A DNA stretch of 64,000 nucleotides from Alphaproteobacteria bacterium. Its GTDB lineage: Bacteria > Pseudomonadota > Alphaproteobacteria > GCA-2731375. This document shows positions 30,608 through 41,469 of this stretch, piece by piece. Made by a program: the position numbers and the translations under genes. The stretch covers positions 64,001-128,000 of the forward strand of contig CBDDBZ010000026.1 in assembly GCA_965225945.1 (NCBI GenBank), written 5' to 3'. Numbering within the stretch: the first letter of the stretch is position 1; every line of letters begins with the position of its first letter. The notes under the pieces are model-generated. The model ran no database searches. It was given only the letters and a program-made list of their open reading frames with translations, and was not told the DNA's origin.

Positions 30608-31144
30608 GATACTCAAGCCAATCCCAAGCTTTCCTTCGCCGTTCCTTAGCGGCGAACGGTGCAAGAGAGTAACCCGCGTAACAACTGTCTCTCGCATGCC
30701 GGAAAAGACCGGGCAGTGACTGGCCTTCCGCACTTCGCGGTTATCCGGTCAGCCGATTTTGGAAGATTTCGGATTTCTCACACACGTTCTTAAGTCCGCT
30801 TATGATGCTGTGGACGGCTCCCACCACCGGCATCGCAATGTGCCAAAGTCCGGTTTCTGCAGGAATCGCCAATGTCAGCTCTTGGCTATCAATGACCGAA
30901 TCCGCCATCCTCTCCCGACGGAGACTGTACCCCTGATAGCCGACATTGGTGGCCTGGCGGCGCGGAGGATGCCGCCCGGGGCGCGTTCGGCGACGATTTC
31001 GGCTGACATGATGGCGGTTTCCTGGCTGAGGGCTGAAAAACGGCGCCATCTCGACCCATCGCCGCTGGCCAAGCACGCGAAAATGCGGTCCTCGGGCCGG
31101 CGCGGGCTATACTTTGCCGGGAAACCAGCAACGGAGGGGCGGCG

Positions 31145-32094
31145 ATGGCGATCGTCAAGGTGGCGGAACTGGCTTACGGGCGACTTCGGGCGCCGGACTT
31201 GGACCTGATGGAGGAATTTCTGGTCCATTTCGGCATGACGCGGGCGGCGCGGACGGCCGACGCCCTCTACATGCGCGGGACGGACGCGCGCCACCACATC
31301 CACGTCACCGAGTAGGCGAAGCCGCCTTCGTCGGCTTCGCCTACTCGGCCCAGAGCAGGGACGACCTGGAACGCCTGGCGGCGCGCGCGCCCGGGGCCTC
31401 GGCGGTGGAGGCGATCGAGGAGCCCGGCGGCGGCCACCGGGTGCGGCTCACCGAACCGAACGGCTACGCAATCGAGGTGGTGCACGGCATCGAGACGCCG
31501 ACGGCGATCGCGGTGGCGCGCCAGGCGCTCAACAGTGGGGCGGAGCCCCTGAGGCGCGCCGGCGAGGTGCTGCGACTGCCGGCCTCGCCCTCGCCGGTGA
31601 AGCGGATCGGCCACGGCGTGCTGGCGACGCCCGAGGTGGTGGCGACGGCGAGCTGGTTCCGCGACACGCTCGGCTTCCTCCGCTCCGACGACGTCTATGT
31701 GGCTGAGGAGGCGAACATCGTCGGCTCGTTCAACCGCTGCGACCGGGGCGAGGCCTTTACCGACCACCACGTGCTGTTCTGCGTCCGCAACGATCGCGCC
31801 GGCCTCAACCATCTGTCGTTCGAGCTGCCGGACGCCGACGCGGTCTTCAAGGATCACGAATACATCGCCGGCCTCGGCAAATACGAGCACATGTGGGGGA
31901 TCGGCCGGCACATCCTGGGCAGCCAGATCTTCGACTATTGGTGCGATCCCTGGGGTCGGGTCCACGAGCGCTGGGCCGACACCGACCGGCTGAACGCGGC
32001 GAGCGGCGGCAACCTGACGCCGGCCGAGATCGGCTTCGCCAGCCAATGGGGCCCCGACGCGCCGGAGAAGTTCATCACCCACTCCAGCCCATGA
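31145..32094 (+). pseudogene. VOC/extradiol dioxygenase family, frameshifted
   Basis: MAIVKVAELAYGRLRAPDL...HIHVTE* then a frame change near 31315. Downstream WGIGRHILGSQIFDYW motif. Confidence 0.82.
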
Positions 32095-32457
32095 CCCAGA
32101 AGCCGTCATTCATTGCCCCGCCCCCCCCCCCCCTTCAGCCGGGCACCCCGGCGCCACCTCCAAGGCTCCACGAACCGCCCTGACCACCTGCCGGCGCGAG
32201 CGGCCTTGGCTCGAGCCCTCTTGGAGCACGTAGTCCTCGCTATAGCGGCGGTAGGCCAGCGCCATGTCTATACCTGGACCGTGATCCGCCGCGCGCTCGA
32301 CCCCGCCTTCCAATCCCACGTGCCGTTCACCGTGGTCGTCGTCGCCCTCGACGTGGCCGGCCGGCCGCTGCTGCCGGGAACGCTGATCGATTGCGCGCCG
32401 GAGCGGATCGAGGCCGAGATGGCGGTGGAGATCGTCTTCCAGCCGTTGGACGATTAA
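32091..32457 (+). pseudogene. Degenerate Zn-ribbon/OB-fold (DUF35-like) gene
   Basis: C-terminal VYTWTVIRRA.DPAF...VPF.VVVV.L is recognisable. The N-terminus is scrambled around a C13 run. Confidence 0.6.
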
Positions 32458-32515
32458 ATTTCGCTGCCCTGCTGGCGGCCCCTCGTGGCCGGTTGAAACA
32501 AGGAGATCGACGAAA

Positions 32516-33157
32516 ATGAGCGACGACGTTTACGCGCGACAGAATTTCGGCAACAGCGTCGGCTTCGGGCGCCAGCCGGCGTTGCTGATCGTCGACTTTC
32601 AGGTCGGTTTCGCCGACCCGGACGTCTTCGGCGGCGGCAACGTGGCCGAGGCGGTTGCCGCCACCGAGCCGCTGCTGGAGGGCATGCGCGAGATCGGCAC
32701 ACCGATCGCCTACACCCGCGCGGTGTTCGCCGCCGACGGCTCGGACGGGGGCAGCTTCGCGCTCAAGGTGCCGGACCTGGTGAAGCTGACGGAGGAGGCC
32801 GAGATCAGCCAAATCGTGCCGGAACTGGCGCCCCGGCCGGGCGAATTGGTGGTGCGCAAGATCGGTCCCTCGGCCTTCTTCGCCACCCCCTTGCAGCCCT
32901 GGCTGACCGCGCGCTCGATCGACACCCTGATCGTCACCGGGGCGACCACGTCGGGCTGCGTGCGGGCCAGCGTGATCGATTCGCTGTCTTACGCCTACCG
33001 CACCATCGTCGCCGCCGACTGCTGCGGCGACCGGGCGCTTGGGCCGCACGAGGCCAACCTGTTCGACATGGGACAGAAATACGCCGACCTGATGAGCGGC
33101 GAGGAAGCGCTGGCCAAGGCGCGAGCGGCCACCACGGCGAACGCGCCGGCAAACTGA
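32516..33157 (+). CDS. Isochorismatase family amidohydrolase (N-carbamoylsarcosine amidase / NicF-like)
   Basis: Motifs PALLIVDF, K.GPSAFF and GATTSGCVRAS. Confidence 0.88.
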   Translation: MSDDVYARQNFGNSVGFGRQPALLIVDFQVGFADPDVFGGGNVAEAVAATEPLLEGMREIGTPIAYTRAVFAADGSDGGSFALKVPDLVKLTEEAEISQIVPELAPRPGELVVRKIGPSAFFATPLQPWLTARSIDTLIVTGATTSGCVRASVIDSLSYAYRTIVAADCCGDRALGPHEANLFDMGQKYADLMSGEEALAKARAATTANAPAN

Positions 33158-33175
33158 AAGCAAGAGGAGACCACC

Positions 33176-33520
33176 ATGACCATCAAGCGTCACCACGTCG
33201 GCCCGATCATGAGCCGAATCGTCGAGGCCGGCGATACCGTCTATCTCCAGGGCCTCACCGCCGACGACAAGTCGGGCACCATCGAGGCGCAGACGGCGAA
33301 CGTGCTGGCCAAGATCGATGGGCTGCTGGCCGAAGCCGGCACGACCAAGTCGAAACTGCTGAGCGCCACGATCTACGTCTCCGAGCTTTCGCTTCGGCCC
33401 CGGATGAACGAGGTCTGGGGCGCCTGGATCGACCCCGAGAACCCGCCGATCCGGGCCTGCGTCGGGGTCGAGCTCGACGGCGAGACCAAGGTCGAGATCG
33501 TCGTCACCGCGCTGAAGTAG
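33176..33520 (+). CDS. RidA family protein
   Basis: VYLQG...MNEVWGAW..P..PPIRACV...VEIVVTA. Confidence 0.88.
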   Translation: MTIKRHHVGPIMSRIVEAGDTVYLQGLTADDKSGTIEAQTANVLAKIDGLLAEAGTTKSKLLSATIYVSELSLRPRMNEVWGAWIDPENPPIRACVGVELDGETKVEIVVTALK

Positions 33521-34163
33521 CGGCCGCTCGGGGCGCGCCATGGACGGCATGGACGCGCTCCACGGCTGTCTCGCCCGCCTCCTCGACCGCCCTTATTGCC
33601 CGCTCGCCCGGGAGTGACGGCGACCGCCATGAATGGCGACGCCTATTCCGAGTCCGCTTCGCCGCCTCCATCTCGGCCTCGCATCCGGTTCAAAACAGAG
33701 CGGCGACGAGAGCCGCGTCGGTCCAGACGCTTGGATTTTCGCTTCTCGAGGCACGGAATGCCCAGTCGGCGGCTTCCTCGTAACGTCCCAGATGAAAATT
33801 GGCGATGGCGCGCTGCGTGAAACGACCCGAGCGGCGCGGATCACGTGGGCTGAGGCGGTCGGCCCTCGCCGCCGCCGCGTGAGCTCGCGCGCGACGCCTG
33901 GCGCCGGCGGAGCGGCGACGGGTCGCGGCCGCCCGCGCCTCGGCGCCGGGTCTTCGCGGGACCAGACCCGTGCGCCTGTTCCCCCGGCGGGTCGACGTGG
34001 CCCTGCTCGGCCGCCTCGACGCCCTGGTCGACGGCCGCCTCGCCGAGCATCGGATGGTCCGGGGGCGCTATCGCGTCGTGGGCGGGCGGGTCGAGATCGC
34101 CGAGCTCGTGGTCGATGGGCGACCGCTCGCGGGCGCGCTGTCGCTGGCCGGCGCGGGCCCGTC

Positions 34164-34847
34164 ATGCGCCGGTTGACATCCAGCCGCCTGGCGGCGGTCG
34201 CGGCGACGACGCTGTCGCTGGCCGCGCTGTCGTCGGCCTGTGTCAGCACGAACTATGTACGGGAGGATCGAGCGGGCGACGCCGCGTCGCCGGCCGCCTG
34301 GCCGGCCCGGAGGGTGGTCTATCACCTCGATCGACGCCTGCTGGACGCGCCGCCCGAGTGCGTCGTCGTGCTGCCGCCGCCGCCCGGCCGCGCCCCCGAC
34401 CTCGCGGCCGTTATCGAGCCCGCCCTGGAGCGCCATCTCGCGCGCAAGACGGCTCGGGTGCTGCTCGCCGGGGAAGCGCGACGTCTGGTCCGTGAGCTGG
34501 CGCTCGACCCGGGCGACGCCGGTGATCTCCGCCACCTCGTCCGAGTGGCGCGCTGCCCGGCGGTGCTGTCGTGGCGGGTCGTCGAGGCCGGCGATCTCTA
34601 TCTAGGCGTCTGGAGCGAGCGTCGTCTGGAGCTCGAAGTGACGCTCCGGGACGCCGTCGACGACTCACCGCTCTGGCGGGCCCGGCACGCGGCCGTCCGC
34701 GCCGACGGCGGCCTCCCCCTGTCCCCGCTCGCGGTGCCCTTGGCCGTCGCCGACGCCACCCTCCATCACGCCGACGGCGAGCTCCGCGCCTCCCTGGTCG
34801 ACGACGTCGCTCGGCGCCTCTTCGCGACTCTGCCGTCGCTGCGATAG
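34164..34847 (+). CDS. Putative lipoprotein (DUF799-like)
   Basis: Signal peptide with lipobox LSSAC; PECVVVLP and LWRARH. Confidence 0.55.
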   Translation: MRRLTSSRLAAVAATTLSLAALSSACVSTNYVREDRAGDAASPAAWPARRVVYHLDRRLLDAPPECVVVLPPPPGRAPDLAAVIEPALERHLARKTARVLLAGEARRLVRELALDPGDAGDLRHLVRVARCPAVLSWRVVEAGDLYLGVWSERRLELEVTLRDAVDDSPLWRARHAAVRADGGLPLSPLAVPLAVADATLHHADGELRASLVDDVARRLFATLPSLR

Positions 34848-35219
34848 CGTCACGAAAACTTTGATGATCTATGAGGGACCCCAATTCGATCGAAGCCCTG
34901 GTCTCAGCCAGATCCCTGATCGAGACGATAGGGCCCAAAGACCATGTTGAAAGTGGAGCGGCGGTCGACGTGGCGATCGCCACCAAGCATGATCGACTGC
35001 CACGTTCTCTCAACTACCTCATGAAGATCGTCGCAGTGAACCGTGATCGGAGCGCTGAATTTCGATAATTGACGGCCGATCCGGCCGCCGTATTCGGCGT
35101 CACTCCAGACAAATGGAGGGTGTTGGCGACAAGGTGATAGGCATGGTGGAAATTTGCCCTTCTGCTCCCCCGCTCGCTCCCCGAAACGCCGGAGTTCTAT
35201 CGGAAATTCAACTTTATAT

Positions 35220-36935
35220 GTAAGAGGGGCAAAACCCCGGGCATTTTTTGAGCTGGGGGGATTCTCAGCGGACTCGAAGTATGAATCAATGGGGCGATGG
35301 CCGAATCGCTCCCGGATATTGAGGCCCTGAGCCTGGACGACCTCAAGCGGTTGGTGCTCCGGCAATTGGAGGAGGTCGCGCGTCTGCGAGTGGAGAACGC
35401 GGCCTTGCGCGAGGAGATCGCGCGGCTGAAAGGGCTCAAGGGGCGGCCCAAGATCAAGCCGAGCGGCATGGAGAAGAAGGCGGCCGAACGACGCAAGACC
35501 AAGGAACGGCGCCAACAGGCCCGCCGGGGCAAGAAGAACGCGCGGCTGCGTATCGACGAGGAGCGCATCCTTGTGGCCGAGGTTCCGCCGGGCTCGCGCT
35601 TCAAGGGCACCGAGCCCTACGTGGTCCAAGATCTCTTGGTGCGCCCATATACCCTGCGCTACCACCGGCAACGCTGGGTGACGCCGTCGGGAGAGACGGT
35701 GATAGCGGCCTTGCCAGCGGGGGTGAAGGGCCACTTCGGGTCGGAGTTGCGCCGCTTCGTGGTGGACCTCTACCACCAGGGCCAGACCACGGTGGCGCGT
35801 CTGGTGGCCTTGCTCAGCGATATCGGGGTGGCGATCTCCAAGCGCCAGGTGATGCGGCTCCTGAACGAGGACCAGGCGTGCTTCACCGGCGAGGCGGGCG
35901 CGGTTCTGCGCGCCGGCCTGGAGACCGCGGCCTGGGTCAGCGTGGACGACACCGGCGCCCGCCATCGGGCGCGCAACGGCGTGTGCACGCAGATCGGCAA
36001 CGACCATTTCGCCTGGTTCGCCACCGGCTTTTCCAAGAGCCGGCGGAACTTCCTGGAACTGCTGCGGGCCGGTCACGAAGACTACCTGGTCAATGACGCG
36101 GCCTTGGCCTACATGCGCGAACGCCGTCTCGCCGGCCCCCTCGTCGCCCGTTTGGAAACGGCCCGGGTGCGCCGCTTTGCCGACGAGAGGATCTGGATGA
36201 GCCACCTGAAGGCCTTGGGGATCACGGACCTCGAGGTCCAGCCCGATCCGGTCAAGATCGCCACCGAGGGCGCGCTCTGGGGCTCCCTTACTGACCACGG
36301 CCTGCTCAAAGACAGCGTCATCCTCAGCGACGACGCCGGCCAGTTCAACGTCGGCCATCACGCGCTCTGCTGGGTCCACGCCGAGCGCTTGGTCCATAAG
36401 CTGGATTGTTTCACTCAGGCGCAGGCGCAAGCGAAAGAACGGATCCGGACCCGGATCTGGTGGCTCTACGCGGACCTCAAGGCCTACCGCGAAGACCCGC
36501 GCCGGCGACGAAGACGCGAGCTTCGCCGGCGCTTCGACGATATCTTCACCAGGCGCACCGGCTTCGCCACCCTCGATCGCCTGCTCGCCCGGCTCCATGG
36601 CAACAAGGAAGAGTTGCTGCTGGTGCTCGAGCGCCCCGAGGTGCCGCTCAACACCAACGGCTCGGAGAACGACATCCGCTGCCAGGTGACCCGCCGCAAG
36701 ATCTCCGGCGGCACCCGATCCGAGGCCGGCCGCGAGGCCCGCGACGCCTTCCTCGGCCTCATGAAGACCTGCGCCAAACAGGGCATCTCCTTCTGGGACT
36801 ACCTCGGCGACCGCCTCGGGGTCCCCGATGCCCCGCCTATCGCCTACCTCCCCGATCTGATCAGGCAGCGCGCCGCCTCAGTGATCAGGCAGCGCGCCGC
36901 CTCAGCCTGAGTGCCCGGGGTTCTGCCCCTATTAC
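35220..36935 (+). mobile_element. IS66-family single-ORF element (transposase 35297-36910)
   Basis: TIR GTAA(G/T)AGGGGCA(A/G)AACCCCGGGCA; 8-bp TSD CTTTATAT; motifs VDDTG, LCWVHAER and TNGSENDIR. Confidence 0.92.
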
Positions 36936-36973
36936 CTTTATATCCTTTAAGATACTGCAATTAAGGGGAAAAT

Positions 36974-37030
36974 TGGAGCGGGCGATGGGATTCGAACCCA
37001 CGACTTCAACCTTGGCAAGGTGGAGTTCTG
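36974..37030 (-). pseudogene. tRNA-Gly(GCC) 3' fragment
   Basis: CCTTGCCAAGGTTGAAGTCGTGGGTTCGAATCCCATCGCCCGCTCCA; the 5' acceptor strand is absent. Confidence 0.8.
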
Positions 37031-37048
37031 TCGCAAAGCGAAGGAGCG

Positions 37049-37106
37049 TGGCACGCCCGGCAAGATTCGAACCTGCGACTTCGAGACTCGAAAGCTCGTG
37101 CTCTAT
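37049..37106 (-). pseudogene. tRNA-Arg-like 3' fragment (apparent anticodon TCG)
   Basis: ATAGAGCACGAGCTTTCGAGTCTCGAAGTCGCAGGTTCGAATCTTGCCGGGCGTGCCA; no 5' acceptor strand. Confidence 0.7.
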
Positions 37107-37165
37107 GGTCCTGGCAGGTAGCTGCGGATTTGCGATATCCAGGCTGAACGGCAGCTGTGGGAGGA

Positions 37166-37241
37166 TGGTGCCGCAGGACGGATTCGAACCGCCGACATCC
37201 ACATTACGAATGTGGCGCTCTACCAACTGAGCTACTGCGGC
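37166..37241 (-). tRNA. tRNA-Thr(CGT)
   Basis: Complete 76-nt cloverleaf GCCGCAG...TTCGTAA...CTGCGGCACCA. Confidence 0.96.
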
Positions 37242-37386
37242 ACGCCCGCGCGGGCAAATCCGAATCGGCGACCGCTCAGAACGTCTCCATAGCGCATTTC
37301 GCGCAAACACGCATCCCCTTAGTCGCGGACATCGGCGATTTAACGCTAATATCGCCAACAGCCGGGCGCAAAGGGGGGCGAGAGCG

Positions 37387-38400
37387 ATGGCGAGCAACGA
37401 TGCATGGCTGGCCCTGGGCCGGGAGGAGGCGCTGGAGCCGGAGCTGGCGATCTGCGATCCCCACCACCATCTCTGGGCGGTGCGCGAGGGCGGCGTCGAG
37501 CCGCGCTATCTGCTGGCCGAGTTCGCCGCCGACTTGGCTCTCGGCCACAAAATCGTCTCCACGGTCTTCATCGAATGCGGCGCCGAGTTTCGCCGCGACG
37601 GGCCGAGGGTCGAGCGGCCGCTCGGCGAAACCGAGTTCGTCCGCAGCATCGCCGAGGTGGCCGACGCCGATCCGGCGATCACCACGCGCGTCGCCGCGGC
37701 CATCGTCGGCACCGTGTTCCTGAGCGAGGGGGACGGCGCGGGCGCCGTGCTCGACGCCCAGATCGAGGTCGCGGGCGGGCGCTTCCGCGGCATCCGCCAA
37801 GGCGCCACCTGGCATCGAGACCCCGAGGTTCCCAATCACCGGACCGAGCCTCCCGAGGGGCTCTACGGCGATGCGAAATTCCGCGCCGGCTTCGCCCATC
37901 TGGCGCCGCGCCAGCTCAGCTTCGAGGGCTGGTGCTACCACACTCAGATCCCGCAATTGACCGAGCTCGCCCGCGCCTTCCCCGACACCACCATCATCCT
38001 CGACCACTTCGGCGGGCCGATCGGCGTCGGCCCGTACGCCGACAGAAGCGACGAGGTCTTCGCCGCCTGGCGCGCCGCAATTCGCGAGCTGGCCGCCTGC
38101 CCCAATGTCGTCGCCAAGCTCGGCGGGCTGGCCATGGAGGTCAACGGTCATGGCTGGCACCACCGCGCATCCCCGCCCTCCAGCACCGAGCTGATGGAGG
38201 CGACCCGACCCTATTACGAGGAGACGATCGCCCTCTTCGGACCGAAACGCTGCATGTTCGAGAGCAATTTTCCCGTCGACAAGGTGAGCGCCGGCTACGA
38301 CGTGGTGTGGAATTCCTTCAAGCGCCTCGTCGCCGGCCACGGCCCGAGCGAAAAGGCCGCCCTCTTCCACGACACCGCGGCTCGGGTCTACCGGATCTGA
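37387..38400 (+). CDS. Amidohydrolase_2 family protein
   Basis: Motifs ICDPHHHLW, IILDHFG and RCMFESNFPVDK. Confidence 0.9.
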   Translation: MASNDAWLALGREEALEPELAICDPHHHLWAVREGGVEPRYLLAEFAADLALGHKIVSTVFIECGAEFRRDGPRVERPLGETEFVRSIAEVADADPAITTRVAAAIVGTVFLSEGDGAGAVLDAQIEVAGGRFRGIRQGATWHRDPEVPNHRTEPPEGLYGDAKFRAGFAHLAPRQLSFEGWCYHTQIPQLTELARAFPDTTIILDHFGGPIGVGPYADRSDEVFAAWRAAIRELAACPNVVAKLGGLAMEVNGHGWHHRASPPSSTELMEATRPYYEETIALFGPKRCMFESNFPVDKVSAGYDVVWNSFKRLVAGHGPSEKAALFHDTAARVYRI

Positions 38401-39679
38401 GCGCCGCGAGGGACCCTAATTCACTGGAACCTCAGGAACCCCGGCCCTGGCGGGTCTGCTGGCGCCAGCGCTCGACCGCGTCGGCGACGAAGTCCTCATC
38501 CAGATCGTCGTTCTGCCAGGCGCTGGAGAAGACCCTGGCCGTCACCTGCGGGCGGCGTGCCTCCTCGACGTCGTCGAAGCGCACGCGCATGGCCACCCGC
38601 ACGCCCTCGCCGACGACGATCGCCTCTTGACGCCGCAGCGCCGGCAGCTCGGCGGAGAGGCCGTGGGCGTTTTCCGGTAAGGCCGCATCGACGAATTTCT
38701 GATCGATCTCGTTCGACAGCCGGAAGGCGAAGATCGTGCCGCACTGCGAGAGGATGGTCGGATCGAGCTCGGAGGGACGCTGGCTCACCAGGCCCAGGCT
38801 GACGCCGTATTTTCGCCCCTCCTTGGCGATCCGCGAGATCGCCCGGCGGGTGGAATCGAAGCCTTCCCCGCGGCGATTGGGAACGTAGCGATGGGCCTCC
38901 TCGCAGATCAGCAGGATCGGCGGGGTGCGGGCATGATCGGACCAGAGGACGAAATCGAACACCATCCGGCAGAGCACCGAGACCACCACCTCGACGATCT
39001 CCGTGGGCACGCCCGAGAGGTCGAGAATGGTGAGCGGCTTGCCGGCGACGGGAATACGCAAGATCCGGGAGATCAGGCCCGGCAACTCGTCGCGCACCAG
39101 GAAGCCCGAGAACATGAAGTTGTAGCGGCGATCACGCTCCAGATGTTCCAACCGCTCGATCAGGCGGAGATAGGGGGAGACGCCGGTCGGCCGATTGGGC
39201 CGGGTCATGGCGCGATCGATCAGGCGCGAGAGATCACCGGTTCGGTACGGCACCGGCGTGTCGACGGTGATGTGGCTGACGTCCTTGTCCTGCCCGGCAT
39301 AGTTGATCTTCGCCTCCAGGATGACGTCTTTCAGAATGGCAATCTGAATCTCTCGCTCGAAGGTCTCGGAGGGCGGCACCATGATGCCGACCATTTCCTC
39401 CAGGTTGAGCAGCCAGCACGGCAGGTGCAGCGCCGTGATGTCGACCGTCTCGCCGATGTCGGCGAGGGCGCCACCGTATTCCGCGTGCGGGTCGAGCAGC
39501 ACGACGTGGCCGCCCTGGTGACTGGCCAGGATCGCGCGCAGCAGCAAGGCAACACCCGTCGACTTGCCGGAGCCGCTGGAGCCGAGGAAGGCGAAATGGC
39601 GCGACAGCAGATTGTCGATATCGGCGTAAGCCGGAAGCTCGGCATTCTGCACGATCGTGCCGATACGGATTCTGTCCCC

Positions 39680-41130
39680 GGGGATGTCCCGGGCTCTGTT
39701 GAAAAGCTGAAGTAGGCGTCGTCCGCCTGGAGCCGCTAGGCTCTGGGTGCTGATTCCATCAAGGAGAACGACGCCATGACCAAGACTACACGCAACGACC
39801 GTTCCTCGGAACCATCCTGTCGGCTCTTGCCATCGATGCCGGAGGCCTTCGACGATCTGCGCATGAGCGTCGATCGCTTCTGCCTTTTGGCGGGCCTCGA
39901 GTCTTTGAACGAGATGATGTCGGCGGACGCGGAAGCCTTGTGCGGTTCGCGCCACGCCCGCTCGGGCGAGCGCAAGGGCCATCGATGGGGCACGACCCGG
40001 AGCGAGATCGCCTACCACGGCGGCAAAGTGAAGGTCGAGCGCCCTCGGGTGCGGGACTTCGCGGGTCGGGAGATGAGCCTGCCGAGTTGGGAGCTGCTGT
40101 CGGAACCCGAACTCTTGCAAGCCTGGGCGATGAATCTGATGGTGATCAACGTCTCGACCCGCAAGTATGCCCGCGCGGTGCGCCTGCCGGACGATGCGGG
40201 CGGCGATCTGCCGGCGGCATCGGGTGACGCAACCTCGAAGTCGGCGGTCTCGCGCCGTTTCGTGGCGTTGACGCGAAGCAAGCTGAAGGCCTGGCTGGCG
40301 AGCCCGCTCGACGATCTCGATCTCGTGGTGCTCCAGATCGACGGGCTCCATGTCGGCGATCACCTGATGGTGGCGGCGATCGGCATCGACACCGGCGGCG
40401 CGAAGCACGTGCTGGGCCTGGCCGAGGGCGCGACGGAGAACGCGGCCACGGTGCAAGCCATGCTCGACAACCTGATCGAGCGCGGTCTCGATCCCGAACG
40501 GCCTCGGCTCTACATCGTCGACGGCGCCAAGGCGCTCTCGAAGGCGATCCGGCGGACCTTCGGGCGGGCGGCGGCCCTCCAGCGCTGCCAGGTGCACAAG
40601 GGGCGCAACATCACGGACCGGCTGGACGAGAGCCTCCATGCCGGCGTCAGGAAGGTCTTGCGGCAGGCCTGGCAGCAGGACGACGCGGCCAAGGCCGAAC
40701 GGCTCTTGCGCAACCTCGCCCGCCGTCTGGAGCATGACGCACCCGGCGTCTCGGGCTCGATCCTGGAGGGCCTGGACGAGATCCTGACCGTGATCCGGCT
40801 CGGCCTCCCGCCGCAACTTCGACACTCGCTGGCTTGCACCAACGCCATCGAGAACGCGATCGGCACCGTCCGGACGGTGCAGCGGAACGTCAAGCGCTGG
40901 CGCAACGCCGAGATGGCGCTGCGTTGGACCGCCGCCGGCCTCTTGGAGGCGCAAAAGACCTTCCGCCGCCTCAAGGCCTACCGCCAGCTCCCCGTCCTTG
41001 ACGCCGCCCTGCGGGAGGCGGTGAGAAAGGCCGGAGCAAAGTCCGTCATTGAAGACATCGAGGTGGCCGCGTAGCCTCTCGATCAGACGATGCCTATCTC
41101 GCACTTTTCAACATTGGGCGGGACATCGCC
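39680..41130 (+). mobile_element. IS256-family element type 2 (transposase 39776-41074)
   Basis: 27-bp imperfect TIR GG(G/C)GATGTCCCG...TGTTGAAAAG; 8-bp TSD CTGTCCCC; motifs QIDG, QRCQVH and TNAIE. Confidence 0.92.
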
Positions 41131-41469
41131 CTGTCCCCGCCACCGCCCTCGTAGAGCGTGGCGACGTCCTCGTCTCCGCCCTGGTAGATCGGTGTGCCGA
41201 TCGCCGGGTGCCGCGTGACGCCACGCTCGAAGACCCCATTCGCGTCCACTTCACCCAGAAGTTCGGCGTGGATCATCATCTGAGCGCGGCCGTCGTTGCC
41301 GATGATCGTCTCGATGTCGGAGGTGAGCGCAAACACCCGGGCCCCGTCGAGACCGGTCCTCATCATGTCGCCGATCGAGATCGTCGGCGCGTCGCGACCG
41401 TCGGTCGTGTCGACGGCGATCGTCAGCCGCGCGCCGGAGGCTGCAACAACGTTACCGATCGTGCTTTGA

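Noticed and set aside
34848-35219. Short ORFs between the lipoprotein gene and IS66
   Set aside because: No family resemblance on either strand; probably a decayed remnant.
36858-36907. 24-bp tandem duplication at the IS66 transposase C-terminus (IRQRAAS twice)
   Set aside because: Simple in-frame slippage with no evident consequence.
38432-41104. 890-aa ORF as a novel fusion protein
   Set aside because: It is the antisense frame of IS256 running into the ATPase remnant; the TSDs explain the junction.
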